NCBI GenBank assembly: GCA_964402975.1
Contig: CAYOEM010000012.1
Location: 1,293-65,292 of the forward strand
Source of the DNA: an uncultured Polynucleobacter sp.
GTDB lineage: Bacteria > Bdellovibrionota_B > Oligoflexia > Oligoflexales > RGVZ01
Direction of reading: 5' to 3'
Length of the DNA stretch: 64,000 bases
Part shown: piece after piece, positions 53,677 to 61,899 of the stretch
Position numbering within the stretch: position 1 is the stretch's first letter
Layout: every line of letters starts with the position of its first letter
Position numbers and translations under genes: made by a program
Notes under the pieces: model-generated
Told to the model about the DNA's origin: nothing
The model's input: only the letters and a program-made list of their open reading frames with translations
Databases searched by the model: none

Positions 53677-54870
53677 ATGTCTAAAGTTTCGGTAAGAGTT
53701 ATAAATGCGTACAAAAAATCCGAGATCGTCGGCACTGTTGGCGACATTATCCTTGAAATCTCAGTACATGACGCGAGCTTAATCGGGCGTTCAGCTAAAT
53801 TAACAATCGAACGTCGCGTCAAGGTCAAAAAAGATGATCCAATAGACCATTATGACAAAATTGAAAGAAGTTTAGTTCTTCGGCAGAGTCGATGCGAAAT
53901 AACCTTAAGTAGCAAAGACTTAAAGTTATTCTCATACTCTGGGGAGACAATTGATATTTCAGCACATGTCACCTTGAATGTCGACACAGGCCTTCTATTT
54001 GATACAAAAGTTAAGATCCGTGACAAAATGGATTATCTACCGCGACTAAAGGTTGCGAGTAGCGATGCGGAAGTCGTTATTGAGCCCAAAGATCAATTCT
54101 CATTTGTAAAAAACATGAAGGCAATCCCGTCCAGCGCCCAGAGGATGGTTATTTACCTTGGTTTTTTGGCGGCGCTGTTTTTATGCGTCAACACCTTCAT
54201 TGGATTTCATGATCAGTTTGTGTCTGACGCAAAGACTTGGTTGTATTCTCATCGCGATCACGAAGGCGAGAGGGAATTCCCCTTATGGGATGCTATGGGT
54301 TTAAATTGTATAGCAGCGGGTGTTGCCTGGTATTTGATGCGTCGAGAATTGCGACGGTACATGAGCTTTCGACTGACAACTAAACCGAGCATGTTTGCTC
54401 CTGGCGCGAAATTTCAGGTCAAACAGCTGATTTCAGGCGTGCCCAGAGTGCCTCTAGAATCGGCAGAACTTAGAATCGTTGCGTGCAACCTGGAGAAAGG
54501 ATCTTACTGGGTTAAATCTGGCAAGGATAGCAGTAAGCATACGTTCTCACACCCCGTGCGTGCAATCACTTTATATAAAAAGAAGGTTTTCAAGTTGCCA
54601 GCTGGCCAAGAGATCAATGTTCATTTCCCTGAAGTCATCTCCTTTGATGAGATCTATAAAAAGCTCTATCCGTCACACATGCTTAAGGAAACGCACGGTA
54701 TCGACATTTACTGGGAGGTGCAGCTTCTACACGACAGTTACGTCGATCAAGAGTTGATAGGCCCCACAGAACCCTTCAAGTATCATTATTTTTTGGGTGA
54801 AAACGTTCTTAAAGACGACAACTTAGGGGTGATTGATCTAGACCCTAAGGATAAAAAAGATGTTGCTTAG
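53677..54870 (+). CDS. hypothetical protein: two beta-rich halves separated by two TM helices
   Basis: 397-aa ORF with no family recognised. Confidence 0.55.
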   Translation: MSKVSVRVINAYKKSEIVGTVGDIILEISVHDASLIGRSAKLTIERRVKVKKDDPIDHYDKIERSLVLRQSRCEITLSSKDLKLFSYSGETIDISAHVTLNVDTGLLFDTKVKIRDKMDYLPRLKVASSDAEVVIEPKDQFSFVKNMKAIPSSAQRMVIYLGFLAALFLCVNTFIGFHDQFVSDAKTWLYSHRDHEGEREFPLWDAMGLNCIAAGVAWYLMRRELRRYMSFRLTTKPSMFAPGAKFQVKQLISGVPRVPLESAELRIVACNLEKGSYWVKSGKDSSKHTFSHPVRAITLYKKKVFKLPAGQEINVHFPEVISFDEIYKKLYPSHMLKETHGIDIYWEVQLLHDSYVDQELIGPTEPFKYHYFLGENVLKDDNLGVIDLDPKDKKDVA

Positions 54871-55059
54871 GTGGCATTTCATGCTGATCGTCCAACAGTT
54901 TCCTCATACTACAATTTGTTACATTTGTTAAAAACTACGGAACACCCCCCCTTTCTGATGGCTAAACAAATTAAACGAAGGATGTCTTTTTACATTTGCC
55001 TAGACCCCGTTAAAGGTGTCTTCTGAATTCGCGCCTCAGGTCCCGGTTTCGATTTCACA

Positions 55060-55076
55060 AATGAACCCGAAATCGT
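55060..55076. repeat. 17-bp direct repeat flanking the IS, left copy (target-site duplication)
   Basis: AATGAACCCGAAATCGT is identical to 56388-56404. Confidence 0.75.
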
Positions 55077-55077
55077 T

Positions 55078-56387
55078 GAAAATTTTCAGCGATATCGTCC
55101 CCTTAATTTAAAAGGGAAAACGTCTCGTCTTATCGGATCAAGCCCATCTTTTTTGAGGAAGTTTAACCTCCGTAAATGTGATCTCCTGGCCTGCGTAGAA
55201 AACTTTGAAGTTGATATCTTTGTATTCATGAATGGTAATTGTCTTTTTCCTTAGGGTTCTAAAATGCCCAGGATCAAGCTTGTAACGTTTGTTTTCGTAG
55301 CTGAATGTGTGGTCCGCGTTCACAAGCCTTTCGAATTTCATGCATAGAATGTTGTCCAGATTTATCCCTTCTTTTAGCGGCGTATACCTTGATATTTGCT
55401 CTTGTGGCTCGACACTAAAGCGCCTGTTCCACTCGGGCCAATAGGCCTGCTGTAGGTAACGATTAGCGTCTGTCATGCTCGTAATTCGCTTTAATCTCAT
55501 TTCAGGTATAAGGCGGTCTTGTAGGGTCTTGTAGCTTCGTTCGATGCGCCCTTTTGCTTGAGGTGAGTTAGCCCTAATGACCTTAATGCCTAGCTCCTCA
55601 CAGGCCCTTACCACCTGCGAGAAGTTGTGACGCTTGCTAGAGCCTCCGCCAGCCCACCCAGCTTGATCGGTATAGAGAAACTGCGGAATGCCTCTAGTCT
55701 CGAATAGTAGCCTCAGAAGATGCATACAGTTCCACGATGTCTCCCCGTCGTAGAACTGCCCTACAGGGATATTGCTTGTAGCATCGTCAATCACGCTGAT
55801 AAGGCACCAAACGTCTTTACCATTCCACTTATGATGAGACCCGTCCATTTGCAGTAATATACCTTCGTTGGACATCCTTTCCCGGTAGATTCTTGCTTTT
55901 GACGGGCGTCTTCTCTTCTTGTTCCCTATGCCTGCACTCTTGCACCATCCAAGAAGAGTCATATAACTCATCGAAAAGCCATGCTGCTCTATCAGGAGCT
56001 CGTGAGCATGGTGGATATTGAAGTCGAAATAGCTGCTTTTGATAAGCTCTAACGCTTTTATTTTGATCTCATCGGAAAGCTTGTTTGAGGGCTTGCGGAG
56101 ATAGTTACCGTGCTTGATACCAGATAGGCCTCTTAGGCGAAGCTTTCTAGCTCGCCTAGTAACGGCTCTTTCTGTGACACCTAAAAGTAGGGCGGCCTGC
56201 TTGCGAGTTTTAATGCCGCTACGGAAGTCCTCAAGGATCTGGTAAGCCACCTGTTCATTCTTATTCATAAACAATCCGCCTCTCATCTGGCCTCCTACCT
56301 CTAAGTATCGAATTAGAGAAGAGAATGGCATGGGGGGAGACGATATCGCTTGTGAATTAAGGGGGGACGATGTCCCTTTTATTTCTC
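55078..56387 (-). mobile_element. intact insertion sequence (~1.31 kb), IS1202/ISNCY-like
   Basis: Single rve-type DDE transposase. Imperfect ~50-bp terminal inverted repeats (55078-55126 versus 56337-56387, shared core GAyATCGTCCCC(CC)TTAATT...CGTCTC). Perfect 17-bp flanking duplication. Confidence 0.75.
55138..56331 (-). CDS. DDE (rve/integrase-core) transposase with an N-terminal HTH
   Basis: LLGVTERAVTRRARKLR HTH. Core LQMDGSHHKW...YTDQAGW...SPQAKGRIERSYKTLQDRL. The true start may be M16 or M22. Confidence 0.85.
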   Translation of the reverse strand: MPFSSLIRYLEVGGQMRGGLFMNKNEQVAYQILEDFRSGIKTRKQAALLLGVTERAVTRRARKLRLRGLSGIKHGNYLRKPSNKLSDEIKIKALELIKSSYFDFNIHHAHELLIEQHGFSMSYMTLLGWCKSAGIGNKKRRRPSKARIYRERMSNEGILLQMDGSHHKWNGKDVWCLISVIDDATSNIPVGQFYDGETSWNCMHLLRLLFETRGIPQFLYTDQAGWAGGGSSKRHNFSQVVRACEELGIKVIRANSPQAKGRIERSYKTLQDRLIPEMRLKRITSMTDANRYLQQAYWPEWNRRFSVEPQEQISRYTPLKEGINLDNILCMKFERLVNADHTFSYENKRYKLDPGHFRTLRKKTITIHEYKDINFKVFYAGQEITFTEVKLPQKRWA

Positions 56388-56404
56388 AATGAACCCGAAA
56401 TCGT
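56388..56404. repeat. 17-bp direct repeat flanking the IS, right copy
   Basis: See 55060-55076. Confidence 0.75.
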
Positions 56405-56507
56405 CTTTTTTATTTTGGCGATCTAACCCCTTGAAAAGAGGCCATTTTTCAAAGATAGTTAAATAACAGGTTCGCCCGAGCCGATCGCGGGTGTACGGGG
56501 GAACACG

Positions 56508-57713
56508 ATGTCAATCACATCAAAAATGTTTCAGAAATATGGCGTATTCTTAGCGGCTTTATCCACTCTATTTGTAGTTGGTCTGACGACATCATGCGGT
56601 GTCGATACCACTGCGTCTCAGGAGAAATCTCTTAATAACTTTGCAAGAGGTTCTGCTGATTTAACGAGAAACGAATGCCGAGGTGACAACAAGGTCGTTA
56701 AAGGAATCAATCAAGAATGGGATCATGTGGATTTTAGCAGGGTCCCTGCAGAAAAAGTTCCAGCTCTTAAGACGGCCCTGGAAGGGTCTTTGTCAGCGGT
56801 TCCATCCAATCTTCAAGAGGTATTTTTCGGATTAGGTGGCAGAATCGTTTTTGCTGACAATCTTAGTGAGCCAGCCAAATCTTCAACCGATCTTACCTGT
56901 GACCGAGCTGGCGGAAAAGCCAAGTTTGCCGGAGAGGGAACTAACACTATCGAGAGCTGTTGGACGACGGATACCCGTACGGCAGATGTTGTCATTCTCA
57001 TGAATCCTACAGTCGAGAGTGTTCATCATTCGACGGTGAGAATTTTTGGATATATCCTATCTCAAATACTGACCAAAATTTCGGTCAATGATGAAAACGT
57101 CATAGTAGCTCAGCGAGACGAGCAATTTGATGCCTTGATGGCTGATATTAAAGATGCTTTTTTGGCTGACGTAAAGCGCCCTGGTAGTAAATACACATTG
57201 TCCTTAAATGAGTCCCTCGTTCAAACCGAAGATTTTAAGTACTTTGTCTTCGCAGAGTCGTTCGACTCCTACTACTGCAATAGCGCGCTGAGACAAACTA
57301 TGGCTCGCGTGGACGAATTTCCTAAGACCCACAATCTTTTCGTGAACATGGACCGTGAGTTAAAAGCCGTACAGATGGCGCAAAATGCCAGCCAGGCTGC
57401 CGATAGCTTCAGCCTTAATAGCGAAGACGCTTTCAATCTTGGCATCCTCGGCGGATTATTCCGCGGAGTCGGCAGGGTCGGTGGATTTCTGGGTCGTGGC
57501 CTTGTCAGAGGTGTAGGTTTCTTGGGGCGTGGCGTTGCTGGACTGGGCCGTGGCATCTTCCGTGGCGGTGCAGCGCTAGTTCGCGGTGGCGGTCGTCTCT
57601 TGGGTGGTGCAGCTCAAGGCATAGCCGGTCTTCTAGGCGGTGGCGGCGGTGGCGGAATTGGCGGCGGCGGCATTATGAACATCATTCAAGGCTTTCTTGG
57701 CGGTGGTGGTTGA
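56508..57713 (+). CDS. lipoprotein with a C-terminal Gly/Arg-rich repeat tail
   Basis: Lipobox LTTSC. The last ~95 aa are GGLFRGVGRVGGFLGRGLVRGVGFLGRGVAGLGRGIFRGG...GGGGGGGIGGGG. Confidence 0.6.
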   Translation: MSITSKMFQKYGVFLAALSTLFVVGLTTSCGVDTTASQEKSLNNFARGSADLTRNECRGDNKVVKGINQEWDHVDFSRVPAEKVPALKTALEGSLSAVPSNLQEVFFGLGGRIVFADNLSEPAKSSTDLTCDRAGGKAKFAGEGTNTIESCWTTDTRTADVVILMNPTVESVHHSTVRIFGYILSQILTKISVNDENVIVAQRDEQFDALMADIKDAFLADVKRPGSKYTLSLNESLVQTEDFKYFVFAESFDSYYCNSALRQTMARVDEFPKTHNLFVNMDRELKAVQMAQNASQAADSFSLNSEDAFNLGILGGLFRGVGRVGGFLGRGLVRGVGFLGRGVAGLGRGIFRGGAALVRGGGRLLGGAAQGIAGLLGGGGGGGIGGGGIMNIIQGFLGGGG

Positions 57714-57732
57714 GTAGAACGATTGTATAAGC

Positions 57733-57766
57733 AAAAAAGGGGCACTCTTTTAAGTGCCCCTTTCTT
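57733..57766. terminator. bidirectional rho-independent terminator
   Basis: AAAAAAGGGGCACT-CTTTTA-AGTGCCCCTTTCTT lies between convergent genes. Confidence 0.75.
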
Positions 57767-57785
57767 ATTAGCTTGAGTCATCTTA

Positions 57786-59600
57786 CTAAAGTAAAGAACT
57801 CATCGGCTCACGCAGCATCTTCCTAGTCTTGATCTCATCGTGAAGTACAGATTTAAATTCGACGACGGCCATAGTTTCTTGTTTATCAATACCATAGCGT
57901 CTAATGGTAACCTTGTTTTCTTCCACTTCTTTATTACCCACGATCAGAGTTATCGGGTTTTTTCGGACTGTGGAGTTACGAATCTTCTTATTAAAGCTAT
58001 TGTCCGACGTATCGACTTCTGCACGCACGTAGTTCGCATGTAGCTCGTCAGATAATTTGCGGCAGAATGCCTCGCAGTCCTGGTTTACTGGAATGAGATT
58101 CACCTGAACTGGAGACGCCCATGTGGGGAAGGCTCCGCCGTAGTATTCAATCAAGTAACTAATAAAGCGTTCGTGAGTGGAAAGCGGCGCGCGGTGGATA
58201 ATCACCGGCACTCCCTCGCCGCCGCCAGCTTCGGTGTATTTTAGGTCGAAATTCATGGGGCTTAAGAAGTCTACCTGAATGGTAGATACGGTCTCTTCTC
58301 GGCCCATGAGGTTTCTGAACTGGATGTCGACTTTTGGGCCGTAGAACGCAGCTTCGCCTTCGCCCACATAGTAGTCAACTCCGATGTCTTTGAGGACCTT
58401 GGCTAAGAGGGCTTCGCCCTTGTCCCACATCGCAGCGTCACCTTTGAATTTGTGGGCGTTTTCCTTGCCGCGGACTGAAAGTCTAAATCGGTAGGATGAC
58501 AATTTAAAAGTGTCGTAAAACTCCTGATACATCTTCATGAGATTACGGAACTCTTCCTCAAACTGATCATGTCTCAAATAAATATGCGCATCATTCATAG
58601 ACATGCAGCGCACCCGGATCAGACCCGATAGCTCCCCAGATTGTTCGTATCGGTAACAAGTGCCGTATTCGGCTAGCCTTAAAGGTAGATCTCTGTAGCT
58701 TCGCATGCGGCTTGAGTAAATCAAGTGATGATGAGGGCAATTCATGGGCTTTAGGAAAAATCTCGTGGCCTCTGCGCCCTCATCGTCTTTGACGATCATC
58801 GGTGGGAACATGGATTCTTCGTAAGCCGGCAGATGCTGACTTTTCAGGTACAAATCCTGCTTGGCGATATTGGGTGTGGCTACGCGCTTGTAGCCATATT
58901 TAAATTCCATCTCTTCGGCAAATTTCTGGACTTCATTTCTGATGACCGTGCCATTTGGTAGCCAGAGCGGTAGACCCTTGCCAACGAGGTCGTCAAACTC
59001 GAAGAAATCGAGCTCTTTGCCGAGTTTTTTATGATCAAATTCCTCAGCCATCTTGCGGCGCTTTAAAAACTCATCAAGCTCAGGTTGTTTTTCAAAACAA
59101 AGAGCATAGATGCGGGTCAGCATGGGGCGTTTCTCATCGCCTAGCCAATACGCGCCGGCCACGCGGTCTAGTTTAAATGCTGCACTTTGAAGCTCCCGGG
59201 TGTTAGCCACGTGGGGGCCTTCGCAAAGATCAATAAAGTTACCGTTGGTGTAAAAACTAAAGTTCTTCTCACCTCGTGTTGATAGGTTTTTGATGTTTTC
59301 AATCTTGTAGGGCTCGTCTCTGTACTTTTTTATCGTCTCCACGGCCTCGTTTAGTTCGCAGTCCACTCGTTTGAACTCTTGACCTTGCCCGATGATTTTG
59401 CGCATGAGCTTTTCGAGCTCTTTGAGATCCGTTTCTTGGAACTCAGTCCCTGTAAAGTCAAAGTCATAGTAGAACCCGTGTTCAATCGGGGGGCCAAAAC
59501 CAAGTTTCACGGCTGGGTATTTTGTCTGAACGGCCTGCGCAAGCACATGGGCCATTGAGTGGCGAATGCGGTAAAGTTTTGGATTGTCTTTTTCTTCCAT
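57786..59600 (-). CDS. thrS: threonine--tRNA ligase lacking the N-terminal TGS domain
   Basis: Class II motifs and the ThrRS editing-domain start RHSMAHVLAQAV at residue 13 (about residue 70 in E. coli). 604 aa. Confidence 0.9.
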   Translation of the reverse strand: MEEKDNPKLYRIRHSMAHVLAQAVQTKYPAVKLGFGPPIEHGFYYDFDFTGTEFQETDLKELEKLMRKIIGQGQEFKRVDCELNEAVETIKKYRDEPYKIENIKNLSTRGEKNFSFYTNGNFIDLCEGPHVANTRELQSAAFKLDRVAGAYWLGDEKRPMLTRIYALCFEKQPELDEFLKRRKMAEEFDHKKLGKELDFFEFDDLVGKGLPLWLPNGTVIRNEVQKFAEEMEFKYGYKRVATPNIAKQDLYLKSQHLPAYEESMFPPMIVKDDEGAEATRFFLKPMNCPHHHLIYSSRMRSYRDLPLRLAEYGTCYRYEQSGELSGLIRVRCMSMNDAHIYLRHDQFEEEFRNLMKMYQEFYDTFKLSSYRFRLSVRGKENAHKFKGDAAMWDKGEALLAKVLKDIGVDYYVGEGEAAFYGPKVDIQFRNLMGREETVSTIQVDFLSPMNFDLKYTEAGGGEGVPVIIHRAPLSTHERFISYLIEYYGGAFPTWASPVQVNLIPVNQDCEAFCRKLSDELHANYVRAEVDTSDNSFNKKIRNSTVRKNPITLIVGNKEVEENKVTIRRYGIDKQETMAVVEFKSVLHDEIKTRKMLREPMSSLL

Positions 59601-59728
59601 AGGTCACGCCAAGCCTTATTTGTAGGATGTTTTGTCACGAACCTGAGAGGCCAGATCATAGCATACGAATATAGGTGGTAACACTGGGAAATGACCTGCT
59701 AAAATAACTTTCAAAGGACTCAAAAAAA

Positions 59729-60790
59729 ATGACCTTCCGCTTTCTCTCATCTGCAGCCCTCAGAATCCTGATTTTAATCAGGTTTTCCTTATTTTCCATC
59801 GTCGCTGAGGCAGCCAGTGAGGTGGACCTTGATAGGGATTGGGATCAATTCATTGATGCGCCCTGGAAGGCATGCCAGCAGGGTGAATTTTTTGACGAGC
59901 TGACGCCACGCCGCAAGATTGCATATCGACGCTGCGGCCGTGCGAGCCAAGGGCAGCCTGTTTTGGTCATTCCGGGCTACACGGAGCCTGCTATGAAGTA
60001 CATCGAACTGGTCACAGATCTCTCATGGCAAATGCCTGAGATGGGCCCATGGTATCTTTTGGATCTTCCAGGCCAAGGTGCCAGTGAAAGGCTCTTGAAT
60101 AATTCTAGCGTTGATAGTCGTATCGTTCATGTCGACATGCCCGAGCGTTACCCACTAGCGGTTCTTCGAATGATTAATCAGGTGATTAAACCAGAGAATG
60201 CGGAGCAAACTCCGTTGGTGATCGCGCACTCAACGGGCGCATTGATATTCATGTCGGCGGCGCAAAAATTTCCAAGCCTCGCCAAAAAGTCAGTGATGAC
60301 GGCCCCACTGATTTGGCCAAAAACATCCGTGCCACGGTTTTTTATTTCAGCGATAGCGAGACTTTATTGTCATATTGGATTGTGCGAGAAAACAGCTTGG
60401 GGCCGAAGAACTATTCCCATTGAAGAGAAAACCTTCGAGACAAACATAGCAACCAATAGCAGGGCCAGATGGCTTGCATCCCATAAAATCTCGCTTAAAT
60501 ACCCCCAATACTATTCGTCCGGCACGTCTTGGGGCTGGCTTCGTATGGCTATGATGCTTGGCTCGGAAGTCTCGATAGACCAATTCCCGCCGCTGGGTGG
60601 CGTGTTGATGCTTATGGCTGATAATGATGGCTATATTGAGCCAAGCTCGTCACTAGAGGTGTGTCGAAAGTCGTCTAGCTGTGAGGCTGTGACTTTGAAG
60701 AGTAGTCGTCATGAAATTCTTCATGAGGTTGATACGGTCAGGAATCAAGCCATGGAGAAAATTATCAAGCATTTTAGAGGTTCTTTATAA
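59729..60790 (+). CDS. alpha/beta hydrolase (lysophospholipase-like) with a signal peptide
   Basis: Nucleophile elbow VIAHSTGA and a PGYTEP...Y motif region. Confidence 0.65.
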   Translation: MTFRFLSSAALRILILIRFSLFSIVAEAASEVDLDRDWDQFIDAPWKACQQGEFFDELTPRRKIAYRRCGRASQGQPVLVIPGYTEPAMKYIELVTDLSWQMPEMGPWYLLDLPGQGASERLLNNSSVDSRIVHVDMPERYPLAVLRMINQVIKPENAEQTPLVIAHSTGALIFMSAAQKFPSLAKKSVMTAPLIWPKTSVPRFFISAIARLYCHIGLCEKTAWGRRTIPIEEKTFETNIATNSRARWLASHKISLKYPQYYSSGTSWGWLRMAMMLGSEVSIDQFPPLGGVLMLMADNDGYIEPSSSLEVCRKSSSCEAVTLKSSRHEILHEVDTVRNQAMEKIIKHFRGSL

Positions 60791-60801
60791 TCTAATTCTC
60801 T

Positions 60802-61899
60802 TCATTCAAAGAGAGTTAGTCCTAGGCCGGCCCCGGTTGGTCGCACGAGTTTCGCAGAGTTCGCATGCCATGGGCTATCCGTGCACACGAGTTTTTTGAA
60901 GAAAAATGGCGTGTCCAGATCGAAGTGTTGAATTCCGCCAACACCGCAGGCAAGCTGGAGGCTGCAGCCCATGGCAATTTCGCTCTCCAGCATGCCGCCG
61001 ATCATCAGAGCGATTCCCGCCGACCTTGCAATTGAGATAATGCGCATTGTTTCTTCAATCCCGGACTTCATGATTTTGAGGTTAATCATGCTAGCGGTTT
61101 TTTCCCTTACGACCCTGATGGCATCCTCTGGCGTGATGATGGTCTCATCGAGACAGACTGGGATACCGGTTGAGTCTTCGAGTGCTTTTAAACCATCCCA
61201 GTCGTCTGCAGGCAGCGGCTGTTCGAAGAATAGAGGCGTGGTACCAAGGGCCGATAGGCGACTCAATAGAGTTTTAGCATCGTCGAGGCGGTAGCCTTGA
61301 TTTCCATCCAGAGTCACTTGCGTTGAACGCGAGACGATCTTAAACAAGGCTTCAATCATGTCTAGGTCATCTTCGACATGCCCGGATACTTTAATCTTGA
61401 TCACTTCAAAGCCGTGATTTTTGTATATGCCCCAAAAGTCGGGCACTGTCGCAGGCGTCATGATGGGCATGGTGATATCAGTGGTCACACGGTCGAACAT
61501 GCGGCCACCCCAAATGCCTGCTAGTGGCACGCCTAATTGCTTTGCATAGAGGTCCCAAAGTGCCATTTCTACTCCAACGTAGGCGCTTGGTGACGATGTA
61601 AAAGTCTCTTCACGGATTGTTCGCAAATACCGCAAAGCTGCCAGTGGAGTCATTTCTCTAAAGTGGTCTAGAATCTCCTCAGCAACAGGCAAAACGCCAT
61701 TAATATTATCTCCCGTCAGGGTGGGAAACGGGCTCGCTTCACCAAGTCCGGTTAGTCCTTGATCATCTTGGATACTTATCAGGACGAAATTCGCGGTATT
61801 GAGGGTCTCTGACGAAATGGCGAAAGGTACGTGAATGTCACAAGACATTTTCCAGGCGCGCGTGCTGGCAATATTTGTTGTCCAAGTATTCAGACTCAT
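60802..61899 (-). CDS. enolase-superfamily dipeptide epimerase (L-Ala-D/L-Glu epimerase-like)
   Basis: KIKV, TLDGNQGY, FFEQPL, VCLDE, NLKIMKSG. The preferred start is the ATG at 61899, which overlaps the upstream TAA (TAATG). The track start is 61923. Confidence 0.8.
   Translation of the reverse strand: MSLNTWTTNIASTRAWKMSCDIHVPFAISSETLNTANFVLISIQDDQGLTGLGEASPFPTLTGDNINGVLPVAEEILDHFREMTPLAALRYLRTIREETFTSSPSAYVGVEMALWDLYAKQLGVPLAGIWGGRMFDRVTTDITMPIMTPATVPDFWGIYKNHGFEVIKIKVSGHVEDDLDMIEALFKIVSRSTQVTLDGNQGYRLDDAKTLLSRLSALGTTPLFFEQPLPADDWDGLKALEDSTGIPVCLDETIITPEDAIRVVREKTASMINLKIMKSGIEETMRIISIARSAGIALMIGGMLESEIAMGCSLQLACGVGGIQHFDLDTPFFFKKLVCTDSPWHANSAKLVRPTGAGLGLTLFE

Noticed and set aside
57400-57713. 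GC-rich repetitive DNA considered as a possible tandem-repeat or CRISPR-like array
   Set aside because: The periodicity is at codon level (GGx/CGx) within a continuous ORF. There are no spacer-repeat units.
59601-59728. thrS leader examined for a T-box or a tRNA-Thr anticodon-arm mimic operator
   Set aside because: I could find no convincing specifier/antiterminator arrangement and no anticodon-like stem-loop by eye.
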